Assembly (NCBI GenBank): GCA_949155905.1
Contig: CASCWU010000004.1
Span: 174-64,173, forward strand
Direction of reading: 5' to 3'
From: an uncultured Lachnospiraceae bacterium
GTDB lineage: Bacteria > Bacillota > Clostridia > Lachnospirales > Lachnospiraceae
DNA length: 64,000 nucleotides
Below are positions 42,947-52,371 of the stretch, piece by piece. Within the stretch, counting starts at the first letter, position 1, and each line of letters begins with the position of its first letter. Position numbers and translations under genes: made by a program. The notes beneath the pieces are model-generated. The model saw only the letters and a program-made list of their open reading frames with translations. It made no database searches and was not told the DNA's origin.

Positions 42947-45900
42947 TTAGAAGCGATGCTTAAATTCAACCTCTTGGTGCTGATACTTCTCCTCTATCCG
43001 CTCCAAAAGAGCTATACAGCGTTTTTCCTCCTCCTCACTGCCACAAACATCCCGACATCCTGCCATCCTCTCCTTCCATCGTATCACCACATCCACCAAA
43101 TCCGTCTCAATCCCCTGCTCCAAAAGCAGCCAAGCCTTCTCCCATAAGAAAAGATGGTTCGAGTTAGAGGAGCAGCCTGACTGAAATATACCTTTCGGGA
43201 AAACCCGTTCCACCTCCGGATCGGTTTCCAGCCCAATATACAACGCTGCCAAATAAATTCCGATTGCTTCTGGCTTTCTGGATACCTCCATCAGAGAGTC
43301 GGCGATCTGGCTGACCTTTTCCATCCATTTTCTTCTTTGAGCCTGATTCCATCCATCCTCCGAATCTTTCAAATCCTCTGCCTTCCTTGCTTCCGCTGCC
43401 TTCTCTGCCAGATAATCTCTCGTCCTGCCATACCACTCTTCCAATAAGCGTTCCGCCACTTCCTGTTCTGCATTCCCGCCCGATGGCTGCTTCGCTTCTT
43501 GTTCCGCACTTCTGGCTGACACCCAAACTGCTTCCTGCATCATATCCCAGTAACAGCCGTCCAGTCCGTTCCATTCCTCCTGACCGAAAATCGGTCTGAT
43601 CACCGCTAATGCCTTGTTTAAGCAGGCGGCTTCCTTCTCATAGCAATCCAGATAACGATACTGTCCTGCCGCCTCCCGCCAAAGCTCCACCTGCTGTTCC
43701 TTTCCATAGCTTCCCTCTTGAAGTTCCCGCTCCGCCAGCAGCCAGAAATCACACTTTGCTTTTACTGCCCGCAGCTGCTCATATCCGCATTCCTCGTCTT
43801 TCAAAAGCAAATCCGCCCTTGTCCGGTAAATCAGGCTTTGAAGATACGAATCCTCCAGGCCATATCGATCATACCATTCCTGCGCCCGGTTACAGCTTTC
43901 CTGGGCAGAATGCAGATCTCCGTCTGGATATTCTGCATACAACTCCGCTAATTTACATAAAAGTATGATAAAGCAGGAAAAATCCGTCGATTTTCTTGTC
44001 CTTTTTTTTGCTGGCATGTTATCCTCTTCTACGGACTCTGTCTTTGGAAGATTTTTCTCCAGAAATGTCTCGATCAGCCGCTCCTTCCCCCGGTTCCCGT
44101 TCCATTCCTCCAGCCGATCCAGCAAACCGGACAGTTCTTCACCAGTTACCGGCTCTCGTTCGACATAGGTAAGGATAAAGTCCAGGCAGTTCTGGTCAAT
44201 TTCCTGATCGCCCAGCCTTTTATACGAACGCAGACATTCCTGCCACAAGCTTTCCCGTTCCGTCTCTTTTTCCTCTAACAGATACAAAAAATAATATCCG
44301 TCCAGGACGCACGATGCCCTTTTATCTGTGATCAGTCTCCTGGCATACTGTTTTGCCTTCTCCCGTTCTCCCTGCTGGATCAGGATTTGGATAAGGTCAA
44401 TACAAAGATAGGCCGAACACAACTCCTCTTCCTCAAACAGCCGCTCCAGCCAGGAGATTGCCAAAGCCGCCTCCCCTTGCTCCAGATACACATGAGCGAT
44501 TCGTTGCACCGTCTGATCGTACGGCTCATATTCTTCCTCATACCCCCTTTGATAAAATGTGATTGCCTCTTCGTACCGTCCCTCCTTCCGGCACCTCTCT
44601 GCCAAATCTACAAAAGAAACCCCTCCTATTTGTATCGTCTCTAACTCTTGTACTTCCTCTACTGTCTGTACTGTCTGTGCTGCCTCCGATACGCCTCCCA
44701 TCGTTTCGGCTTCTCTTCTTAGCTGCCGGATCTTCTCCTGATATCCATACGCTTTTTCCGCGTCAGAAAAATACTCACAGCGGTACAGCGCCGTAAAATC
44801 GTCTTCTTTGTAAAATTCCTGAATCCTCCTGTAGAGCCTTTCCTTCTCAGAGGCTGAATAAGAGGTAAACGGAAGCCGCTCCGCTGCCTGGTCAAACAGC
44901 TCTATGATGCTTTCATAAATCCGATCCAGCTCCGGCTCCCGTTCCTCAAAGTACCAGAGCATATTTCCGGCGAGGACGCTGTCTACCTCCCTCCCGATTG
45001 CAATCCATTCCCGCACCATCCAATCCAGCTTCCGAGAAGGTTCTGCCTCCTCCTTTAAAGCCTCTCTTGAGCCTTCCTGTAAAGCTCCCTCAAAAGCTTT
45101 TCCGCAAAAGAGCACCGCCTTTTCTAGCAGCCCCTCTATCGCATGAAAGCACCTCCTGGAATATTCCTCCAGTTCCAATCCAGACTCCAGGATATCCTCA
45201 CATTCCCCGATCTGCCTGATTTTTTTCCGGTAAATTCTCTGCAGCAGATCAAAGGCCTCCGCTGTACCAGCCTGGATACAAATCTGCTCCGCTTCCTCCA
45301 GCTTCTCTGCTCTCCCATCCCTCAGACACAGTCTGGCATAGGGAAGCGTCCATCCGGACAGGCGATCCATAAAGCCTGCAAACACCCGTTTCCGAACCGT
45401 CCGTTCCGCTTCGTTTGCAAGATCAGCAGAAAGATAAGCAGACATCCCCGCTACAATATGGGGACAGTTCCCGGCGTCCGGCTGTAACTCGGCATAAACC
45501 AGATCCTGGATCACCTGATGGAGCGATACCTTCCCGGAAGCCTCCCAAAGCTCTATCCAGCCATTTTTGATCAGGCTATCCAGCCTTGCTCGAACCCCTT
45601 CCATGCCGCACAGCTCCTCCAGCCTGTCCCTGCGGATACGGATTCCGCCCAGCAAGGAAAGACTGCCCATCAGCTCCCGTTCCCCTTCGTCAAAGCTGGA
45701 GCAGTCAAACAGCACCTGCAAATGGCGGTTGACACTTTCCAGACGCAGCCTCCGATCCTTCCTCTGCCGAACCTCTATTTCCCCAGTATTGGTAATCCCT
45801 TCTTTTTTCAGAAAATCCTTATACAGACGGATCGGCGACTGGCCGACATTCCTCAAATATTTGGCGATCAGCTCGACCGTCATTGTATGGCGTTCCACCA

Positions 45901-47452
45901 GCTCTATCAGCTCTACGATAGCCTTCTCTTCCTCCTCGGTATAAGGCAAATCGTTGTATGCCATGAATATTTCTAACATTTCCTGTAAATCGTCAAGCTG
46001 CCCTACCGAAATCTGCTCGTAATTGTAATCCCGGAAATCCTTTCTTGTCGTAATGAGAAACTTGCAAGGACAGCAAAACAATTCCTCCAGGTTTTCGTCC
46101 AGCTCCTGATCCATATTGTCAAGGATAATCAAATCGTCCGGCGCCGCCAACTGCTTTAACAGCTCCAGCTTTCTCTGAAAATATTCACGGTCAGATTCTG
46201 TTTCCTCCCTGTTGAGCTGATGAAAGCCGATTTCGTCACAGACAAGCTGCTCGATGCTTTTTTCAAACACTGCAAATACCACTGTGCGATATTGCCTGCG
46301 GCGGCTTTGGGCATACTGTTTTGCCAGCTCTGTCTTGCCGATTCCGCCGATCCCGGAAAGAAACACCAGTTGACTGTTCGCCAATACCTCGTCGATCTGC
46401 GCTAACTCCCTTTCCCGTCCGGCAAAGCAGGCGGAATGATACGAAAAAGAATCCAGCAAATAGATTTCCTCCAAATCAGAAAGCCGAATCAGTTCGTCTA
46501 GCTGTGCCAAAACCGGCTCAACAGACTGCCACCGGGAAGCTGCGGCAATAGAAAGTGTTTTACGGAAAAAATGCTCCAAAGCCCGATAAAGTCCCGGCGA
46601 ATATGGCTCCTCTGCATAGCGCATCGACTCAAAGCAGTAATGGCTTGCCAGTCTTCCCTCCGTTTCACCGGGTGTCCTGCCGAACAGCTTCTCAAACACC
46701 AATGCGCCGATGGCATAAATATCCGTGTGCATCCCGATTTTCTCCCGGTTCCCCTGCACCTGCTCCGGCGCACAAAAGCCCTCCGAATACGGCAGCCAAA
46801 GCTCCTTTTTTCCGGCCAGATCCTCTATGCGGATCACCGAATCCACATCAAACAGGACAACATGTTCCTCTGTCTCTGGCAAAAGAAAGATATTTTCCGG
46901 CTTGATATCCAGATGAAGATACCCGTTTCTGTGATATTTTCCGATCAGCTCCGTCAGGCTTTTCGTATGTAAAAACAGCTCCTTTAAGGAACGATCCTGG
47001 TAGCTCCTGTAATCCTCGCCCTCCTCCATCGCTACCCGGAGATAGACCGTGTTATGAAAAAACAAAAGATCCGTCGGGTTACTGGTAGAATTGATAAGCC
47101 CTAATGTATTCCTAAGCGCTACGTTTCGCTCGTAGGTCTTTAAAAAACGCTCCTTCGCCTGTTCCAGCCGCGCCTCTTCTTTTTCTTTTCTTTTTTCTTT
47201 TCCTTCCTCTCCCCTTTCCTCTTCCTCTTTCTCTACGGTCAGATCTCCCTCGCTGTTTCTGGATACCGCCAGGGAAACCGGATAGCATTCCTTTAACCGG
47301 ATCGTATGCGGTATACCAATGCTATCCTGATAAACCGCGTTATAGACAAGGCAACTCGCCCCTCTTCCAATTTCTTCCTTTATCTGGATGTGTTCCTTTG
47401 CCGAAAGCGGCAGAAGTGCGCCATATGGCAAGGCGATTCTATGATCCTCCAT
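42947..47452 (-). CDS. Ser/Thr protein kinase - NB-ARC/STAND P-loop NTPase - TPR/helical repeat giant protein (~1500 aa)
   Basis: Start at MEDHRIALPYG with AAGGGGGA 5 nt upstream. Kinase motifs: IGRGASCLVYNA (G-loop), TIRLKE (Lys), HLDIKPENIFL (catalytic loop), LFDVDS (DFG position), GFCAPEQ (APE). NTPase motifs: FAGRERELAQI..VFLSGIGGIGKTELA (Walker A, nt about 46331..46354) and LIILDNMD (Walker B). More than 850 aa of helical/TPR-like repeats follow (e.g. YEEAITFYQRGYEEEYEPYDQTVQRIAHVYLEQGEAALAISWLERL). Confidence 0.85.
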   Translation of the reverse strand: MEDHRIALPYGALLPLSAKEHIQIKEEIGRGASCLVYNAVYQDSIGIPHTIRLKECYPVSLAVSRNSEGDLTVEKEEEERGEEGKEKRKEKEEARLEQAKERFLKTYERNVALRNTLGLINSTSNPTDLLFFHNTVYLRVAMEEGEDYRSYQDRSLKELFLHTKSLTELIGKYHRNGYLHLDIKPENIFLLPETEEHVVLFDVDSVIRIEDLAGKKELWLPYSEGFCAPEQVQGNREKIGMHTDIYAIGALVFEKLFGRTPGETEGRLASHYCFESMRYAEEPYSPGLYRALEHFFRKTLSIAAASRWQSVEPVLAQLDELIRLSDLEEIYLLDSFSYHSACFAGRERELAQIDEVLANSQLVFLSGIGGIGKTELAKQYAQSRRRQYRTVVFAVFEKSIEQLVCDEIGFHQLNREETESDREYFQRKLELLKQLAAPDDLIILDNMDQELDENLEELFCCPCKFLITTRKDFRDYNYEQISVGQLDDLQEMLEIFMAYNDLPYTEEEEKAIVELIELVERHTMTVELIAKYLRNVGQSPIRLYKDFLKKEGITNTGEIEVRQRKDRRLRLESVNRHLQVLFDCSSFDEGERELMGSLSLLGGIRIRRDRLEELCGMEGVRARLDSLIKNGWIELWEASGKVSLHQVIQDLVYAELQPDAGNCPHIVAGMSAYLSADLANEAERTVRKRVFAGFMDRLSGWTLPYARLCLRDGRAEKLEEAEQICIQAGTAEAFDLLQRIYRKKIRQIGECEDILESGLELEEYSRRCFHAIEGLLEKAVLFCGKAFEGALQEGSREALKEEAEPSRKLDWMVREWIAIGREVDSVLAGNMLWYFEEREPELDRIYESIIELFDQAAERLPFTSYSASEKERLYRRIQEFYKEDDFTALYRCEYFSDAEKAYGYQEKIRQLRREAETMGGVSEAAQTVQTVEEVQELETIQIGGVSFVDLAERCRKEGRYEEAITFYQRGYEEEYEPYDQTVQRIAHVYLEQGEAALAISWLERLFEEEELCSAYLCIDLIQILIQQGEREKAKQYARRLITDKRASCVLDGYYFLYLLEEKETERESLWQECLRSYKRLGDQEIDQNCLDFILTYVEREPVTGEELSGLLDRLEEWNGNRGKERLIETFLEKNLPKTESVEEDNMPAKKRTRKSTDFSCFIILLCKLAELYAEYPDGDLHSAQESCNRAQEWYDRYGLEDSYLQSLIYRTRADLLLKDEECGYEQLRAVKAKCDFWLLAERELQEGSYGKEQQVELWREAAGQYRYLDCYEKEAACLNKALAVIRPIFGQEEWNGLDGCYWDMMQEAVWVSARSAEQEAKQPSGGNAEQEVAERLLEEWYGRTRDYLAEKAAEARKAEDLKDSEDGWNQAQRRKWMEKVSQIADSLMEVSRKPEAIGIYLAALYIGLETDPEVERVFPKGIFQSGCSSNSNHLFLWEKAWLLLEQGIETDLVDVVIRWKERMAGCRDVCGSEEEEKRCIALLERIEEKYQHQEVEFKHRF

Positions 47453-47518
47453 AAAATCCCCCTTTCCCTTACCTTTTCTTTTTCTCACATTTCTTTTTCC
47501 TATTTAGAAAGAACTTCC

Positions 47519-48112
47519 TCAAATTGCCCCTTTTGTCAGCACAATATCCTCCAGCCGTCTCTTAGGCACATAATGAACATCCTGCTCATCCCGGTAATAC
47601 CCGGTAGATCCGCCCTCCTCCGCCTCGGTCAGCACCACCGTCTCGTCCGGCTTTCCAAAGGCCACGATCAGCATCGGCACAAGATACTCCGGCAAGCCAA
47701 GCTCCGCCTTTACCTCATCTCCGTTAAAATTCCCGATCATGCAGCCGCCCAGTCCCTGCTCAGTCGCCGCCAGCAGCATGGTCTGTGCCACGATTCCTAC
47801 ATCCTTTAAATACCGCTGCAAAGATTCTCCCAACCGGGTATCCTGGCAAATCACAACAAAACCAGTCGGACAGTGTCCCGGATGCGGTAGCGTCAGTTCC
47901 GGCAACCCGCGCGCCCATTTGGTCAGCGCCTGGATCTGGTCTACCTCCCTCTTCTCCCACGCCAGATAGTAGCGGAACGGCTGCGCATTGACACTCGACG
48001 GCGACAGTCTGGCGCACTCTACAAAACTTTCCAACTCCGCCTTGGTGAGGCGGCGGGATTCGTCGTAGCCGCGGTAGCTTCGGTTTTTTCTTACTAAATC
48101 CTGAAAATTCAT
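47519..48112 (-). CDS. Nitroreductase family protein
   Basis: Start at MNFQDLVRKNRSYRGYD with an AAGGAGG RBS. LSPSSVNAQPFRY is the FMN-site motif. Confidence 0.85.
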   Translation of the reverse strand: MNFQDLVRKNRSYRGYDESRRLTKAELESFVECARLSPSSVNAQPFRYYLAWEKREVDQIQALTKWARGLPELTLPHPGHCPTGFVVICQDTRLGESLQRYLKDVGIVAQTMLLAATEQGLGGCMIGNFNGDEVKAELGLPEYLVPMLIVAFGKPDETVVLTEAEEGGSTGYYRDEQDVHYVPKRRLEDIVLTKGAI

Positions 48113-48178
48113 AATTTTTCCTCCTTTATTGCGTTTCCTCTCATCATACACTGGGTTCTCTGCCAGCATAGATAGTGT

Positions 48179-49243
48179 TCATTTTGTATCACTGCCCTTT
48201 TCCTGCAACGCCGGATGCTGCATGTAAAAAATCTCTTTTTGCCGTTCGACTTCCGCCCGAAGCTGCTCTTTCGTCGGAAGATACGTCATGTACTTGGACA
48301 TAAACAGCCGTTCATTGTCATGCAGCACAGAGTATCTGGCAATGTCCTCACTGGTTTCACTGCAAAGCAGTATTCCCAAAGTCGGATTGTCTCCCTCTTT
48401 GCATTTGAGTGCATCATACATCCGTACATACATATCAATTTGACCTACGTCCTGATGGGTAATTTTCCCCATTTTCAAATCAATGAGAACATAACATCTC
48501 AGCTCGATATTGTAAAAAACCAAATCAATATAGTAATCCTCTGTATCTGTAATAATGTGCTGCTGCCTAGCCACAAACGCAAAGCCCTTTCCCATTTCTA
48601 TCAGAAAGTCCCGAATATGCAATAAAATAGCCGTCTCCAAATCCGTTTCAGCAAAGGAATCTTCAGACCGAAATCCCAGAAATTCTGCAACAACGGGATT
48701 TTTTAGCAGCTCGAATTTGTTCTGTTGATACTCCGCCGTTTTTTCTTGCATCTCTGCAATTACAGTTTCCTTTTTGGGTGACTGTAATAGCCGATAATAA
48801 TATTGCGTACCAATGTTGCGATCTAACGTTCTGTAATTCCAGCCTTCGTTGGCCGCTTCCCTCATATACCAAATTCTTGCATTCTCATCCGGTACACGCA
48901 AAAGACTCCTAAAATGCGTCCAGCTTAGATTATGAACGCATGCGTTCACAATCTGCTTATCTGGAAAATACAGATAGAATTTTCTAAAATAGTGCAGATT
49001 CCGTTCGGAATAGCTTTTGCCAAACTCTTTTTTCAGTTCCTCTGATAATACGGGAATCAGCCGCTTTCCATATTCCGCCCGTTCACTGCCTTCCTGTTCC
49101 TGCTCTACGATCCGTTTACCAATGTGCCAGTAAGTCAGCACCATAGCGGTATTTGCGGCACTGTATGCGTTTTGCTGACCTGCTGAAATAATCTCTTTTA
49201 TCTCTGTGATGATTGGCTGGTATAGCATGAAATCCTTTTCCAT
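48179..49243 (-). CDS. DUF1016 / YhcG-like PD-(D/E)XK nuclease family protein
   Basis: Start at MEKDFMLYQP with a GAGGTGGG RBS. The N-terminus has AYSAANTAMVLTYWHIGKRIVE. The C-terminal nuclease core is YYIDLVFYNIELRCYVLIDLKMGKITHQDVGQIDMYV. Confidence 0.8.
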   Translation of the reverse strand: MEKDFMLYQPIITEIKEIISAGQQNAYSAANTAMVLTYWHIGKRIVEQEQEGSERAEYGKRLIPVLSEELKKEFGKSYSERNLHYFRKFYLYFPDKQIVNACVHNLSWTHFRSLLRVPDENARIWYMREAANEGWNYRTLDRNIGTQYYYRLLQSPKKETVIAEMQEKTAEYQQNKFELLKNPVVAEFLGFRSEDSFAETDLETAILLHIRDFLIEMGKGFAFVARQQHIITDTEDYYIDLVFYNIELRCYVLIDLKMGKITHQDVGQIDMYVRMYDALKCKEGDNPTLGILLCSETSEDIARYSVLHDNERLFMSKYMTYLPTKEQLRAEVERQKEIFYMQHPALQEKGSDTK

Positions 49244-49244
49244 A

Positions 49245-49382
49245 TCAGCCCACCTCGATTTCCGTGATGATTTTGTCAATTTCCTCATAAGGTACACAGC
49301 GGGCGAAATACTCAACATCCGCAATCGTCCATATCGCACGATGGAATTCCTCACACTCTTGTTCTTTTCTAATATCAGCCAT
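49245..49382 (-). CDS. Small ORF (45 aa) translationally coupled to the DUF1016 gene
   Basis: MADIRKEQECEEFHRAIWTIADVEYFARCVPYEEIDKIITEIEVG. Its ATG overlaps the stop of the upstream mini-ORF (ATGGCTGA), and its TGA lies 1 nt before the DUF1016 ATG. No family is recognised. Confidence 0.3.
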   Translation of the reverse strand: MADIRKEQECEEFHRAIWTIADVEYFARCVPYEEIDKIITEIEVG

Positions 49383-49533
49383 TACCTTCATTCTCCCTTT
49401 CATCGGAAATAAGGTCCAGAATCTCATCTGACTTGCAGCCAAACGCAAAACCTATCTTTTCGATACTGTCCAAAGATACCTGCTCCCCACTAACCATCCA
49501 TATAAACTTTTTTGCAAAACTCCCTTTTATCAT
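49375..49533 (-). CDS. 52-aa ORF resembling the C-terminal two-thirds of a short XRE/HTH_26 protein
   Basis: My own translation (below the ORF-track cut-off): MIKGSFAKKFIWMVSGEQVSLDSIEKIGFAFGCKSDEILDLISDERENEGNG. It aligns with NKTLDILKNDGNITLLTLEKICRACDCTPNEVVRFI of the HTH protein at 50445. It may be a truncated remnant. Confidence 0.3.
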   Translation of the reverse strand: MIKGSFAKKFIWMVSGEQVSLDSIEKIGFAFGCKSDEILDLISDERENEGNG

Positions 49534-49619
49534 ATCATAGAACTACACCTCAGACAATCAAAAAATACACCATACAGATTGTTTACTGACATACCTTCTG
49601 TATGGTGTACCTCTATCTC

Positions 49620-50132
49620 CTACTTTCTCTCCCTGCCCAGCATCCTTTGCTTAAACGCCCTGATTCTCTTTCCATACCGGCTGGTAAACAATGCCCCGAC
49701 GAGCAGCATTCCAAAATCCAGCCCCAACGCGGCATCCGCTATGTTCGCATACACGCCCTCCGAGGTCAGACCCCGGACGTCCAGCACAAAATAAACGATA
49801 AACGCTGCTACTGCAATCAGGAACAGGATATTCAGCCGTTTAATCAGAAGCAGCCGTTCCTCGTTCCCATAATCTGCTACTTTCAATAACGATTCCTTTG
49901 TTTTCTCATCCATACTCTCTGCCTTCCTTTCTCCCTCTAATAATTCCTCGATACTGACATCAAAATAATCCGCAAGCTCAATGACCAGATCAATATCCGG
50001 CATATTTGTCCCGGTCTCCCATCGGGAAACGCTTCGGTTGCTTACTCCCAGATACTCAGATAGCTGCTCCTGCGTTAGTCCCTTTTCCTTGCGGAGTTCT
50101 TTTAAGAACGTCCCAAATTTTTTTTGGTTCAT
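49620..50132 (-). CDS. XRE-family HTH regulator with C-terminal transmembrane segments
   Basis: LTQEQLSEYLGVSNRSVSRWETGTNMPDIDLVIELADYFDVSIEELL, followed by two hydrophobic helices (LNILFLIAVAAFIVYFVL, ALGLDFGMLLVGALF). Confidence 0.8.
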   Translation of the reverse strand: MNQKKFGTFLKELRKEKGLTQEQLSEYLGVSNRSVSRWETGTNMPDIDLVIELADYFDVSIEELLEGERKAESMDEKTKESLLKVADYGNEERLLLIKRLNILFLIAVAAFIVYFVLDVRGLTSEGVYANIADAALGLDFGMLLVGALFTSRYGKRIRAFKQRMLGRERK

Positions 50133-50444
50133 GCTCCAGGCTTCCTCCTTTCCCTGTCAGCATAGCACATTTTGATATGAAAAAACACGACATAGAACGA
50201 GAATTTCTCCATTTTCCAGCCTTTCCTGTTTTATGGCAATCCAAATTTCAGCCTGCCAAGAGCGTCTTCTTTTTCCTGACAAAACAAGGAAAGGCGCTGT
50301 TTTTATAATGCCGAATTTTATATTGTGAATATATGCACAATATTCATGCGCTTATTTTTCAGGCATAATCATATCATGCTATAAATTCATGCACAAAAGC
50401 ACACCTGGAATCAGACAGGCGAAAACGCTGGGAGGGAGATTGCA

Positions 50445-50657
50445 ATGATTGATTTTACCCCTTTATGGGAAACGATGGAAAAAAAGAACATCTCGCAGTA
50501 TAAGCTATTAAAAAGCGACATCAACAACAAGACCTTGGATATTTTGAAAAATGACGGAAATATTACTCTTCTCACTTTAGAAAAAATCTGCCGTGCTTGT
50601 GATTGTACGCCAAATGAAGTAGTGCGCTTTATAGAGGGAGAAAACCAGGAGATATAA
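50445..50657 (+). CDS. Short XRE/HTH_26-type DNA-binding protein
   Basis: 70 aa with a GGGAGGGAG RBS. ISQYKLLKSDINNKTLDILKNDGNITLLTLEKICRACDCTPNEVV. Confidence 0.7.
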   Translation: MIDFTPLWETMEKKNISQYKLLKSDINNKTLDILKNDGNITLLTLEKICRACDCTPNEVVRFIEGENQEI

Positions 50658-50734
50658 AAGGGGGAATAAACTAAAAACAGAAAACACTATCGTCGGATTC
50701 ACTTTGTAAAGAACAAAAGAAAAGGAGAAAACAA

Positions 50735-51298
50735 ATGTCTTTTCATTACTTTTCTACAACAAATCCCGCTTGGGAAAAAGCAGGCGACAAGGAAAAATTT
50801 GCCCGTCTTTACCAGACCTATAAATCGGATATGTATCAGACTGCATTCTCCATCCTTTTAAACCATACTATGGCAGAGGATGCAGTACAGGATGCCTGTC
50901 TCAAGCTGATACACTATCTGGATAGTGTTGACGAGGAAGATACCCATCGTACAAAAGGCTATATAAAGGCGATTGTCCAGACAACTGCCCTTCATATGCT
51001 AAAAAGAAGCAAAAAGGAGTTTCTTTACGAGCCACATTTATTAGAGGAATTATCCTCTGAAAAAGCCGCCTCTCCGGAAATTCAGTTTTTAGGGAAAGAT
51101 TTAGCGGGTTATTTAAGACAGTTTATTGGCGAATTAAAGCCAAAGGAACAGCATTGTATTTATCTGTTTTATTTTAAAAGGCAAAGCACCCTTCAAATAG
51201 CGGAGAGCCTGGGTGTCTCTCCTGCGGCTGTCCGAAAAAGACTGCAGCGGGGCAGAGAGGCTTTGCGCAAGCATCTGGAAAAGGAAGGCCTGCTCTAA
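50735..51298 (+). CDS. Sigma-70 family (ECF-like) RNA polymerase sigma factor
   Basis: Region 2 (LLNHTMAEDAVQDACLKL) and region 4 (STLQIAESLGVSPAAVRKRLQRGREALRKHL). Confidence 0.8.
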   Translation: MSFHYFSTTNPAWEKAGDKEKFARLYQTYKSDMYQTAFSILLNHTMAEDAVQDACLKLIHYLDSVDEEDTHRTKGYIKAIVQTTALHMLKRSKKEFLYEPHLLEELSSEKAASPEIQFLGKDLAGYLRQFIGELKPKEQHCIYLFYFKRQSTLQIAESLGVSPAAVRKRLQRGREALRKHLEKEGLL

Positions 51299-51335
51299 AA
51301 GGCAGCCTTCCTGCCTTCTTAGAAAATTTATGCTT

Positions 51336-51376
51336 TGTCCTTGCTAACGGTTCTTGCCTATGATAAGCTATAGGTA
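51336..51376. repeat. Direct repeat copy 1 (41 bp) upstream of the AraC-gmd-fcl-manC block
   Basis: tgtccttgctaacggttcttgcctatgataagctataggta. It matches 55781..55821 at 36 of 41 positions. Confidence 0.85.
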
Positions 51377-51405
51377 TCACATTACCGTTTCCAAGGGAGG
51401 CCGCC

Positions 51406-52269
51406 ATGAACGAGTCCTTATTTCCTACCACACCCCATTCGGTTATCTCTGACCGTATCCTGTATACCCCTGCCCCGTGGGCGAAGCATACCCTGCTTAC
51501 GCTGCAGGAAGCCGGAAGCCTGCAAGCTACGCATCCGCACAGCTCCGGGCGGGAGGAGCTTTTCTCTTATCTTTGCTTTGTCGTTCTGTCCGGCACAGGT
51601 TCTCTGGACTATGCCGGACAGCATTATCTTTTGTCGGCAGGAGATTGTGTGTTTCTTGACTGCCGCCGCCCTTACCGCCATTCTACTTCCGAACAGCTTT
51701 GGACACTGCAATGGTGCCATTTTTACGGAATGGCACTTCCGGCAATCTATGCCAAATATCAGGAACGCGGCGGGCAGCCTGTCTTTCATCTTGAGGATAG
51801 TGCGCCTGTCACAGATCTGCTCCGCCAGCTCTATACACTGGCTGCTTCCTCGGACTATATCCGGGATATGAAAATCAATGCTGCCTTAAACCAGCTTCTG
51901 ACTGTCTTAATGTCTTATTCTTGGCACCCGGAACAAACTGCTCCTTCCAGAAAACGGCTGCAATTAGACAAGGTCCGGGCTTATTTAGAAGAACATTATA
52001 CGGAAAAAATCACACTGGAGGAGCTTTCCGGCCGTTTCTTTATAGACAAATATTATCTGACCAAGCTCTTTAAGGAAGCCTATGGAATCACAATCCTGAC
52101 CTATCTCGAGCAAAAACGGATTACACAGGCAAAAAGTTTTTTACGCTTTACGTCTATGACGATGGAGGAAATCGGCAGCGCCGTAGGGATGAAAGACGCT
52201 AATTATTTCAGCCGGCGCTTCAAAAAGATGGAGGGGATGAGCCCCAGGGAATACCGGAAGCTATGGTAA
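51406..52269 (+). CDS. AraC-family transcriptional regulator (cupin-like N-terminal sensor domain plus HTH)
   Basis: The C-terminus has ITLEELSGRFFIDKYYLTKLFKEAYG and ANYFSRRFKKMEGMSPREYRK. Confidence 0.9.
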   Translation: MNESLFPTTPHSVISDRILYTPAPWAKHTLLTLQEAGSLQATHPHSSGREELFSYLCFVVLSGTGSLDYAGQHYLLSAGDCVFLDCRRPYRHSTSEQLWTLQWCHFYGMALPAIYAKYQERGGQPVFHLEDSAPVTDLLRQLYTLAASSDYIRDMKINAALNQLLTVLMSYSWHPEQTAPSRKRLQLDKVRAYLEEHYTEKITLEELSGRFFIDKYYLTKLFKEAYGITILTYLEQKRITQAKSFLRFTSMTMEEIGSAVGMKDANYFSRRFKKMEGMSPREYRKLW

Positions 52270-52371
52270 AACCAATATTGTGCTAATAGAAGAATAGATC
52301 TGCTCTTCCTGATCCAATCGAAATCCTTTAAACTAACCTCATAATTTCGCAGAAAGATGAGGTAACGTTTT

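Noticed and set aside
50330-50400. Inverted repeat TGAATAT-atgcaca-ATATTCA and direct repeats ATTCATGC(G/A)C between the divergent HTH genes
   Set aside because: They are plausible operators for the flanking XRE regulators, but the sequences are short and AT-rich. I have no way to separate them from chance here.
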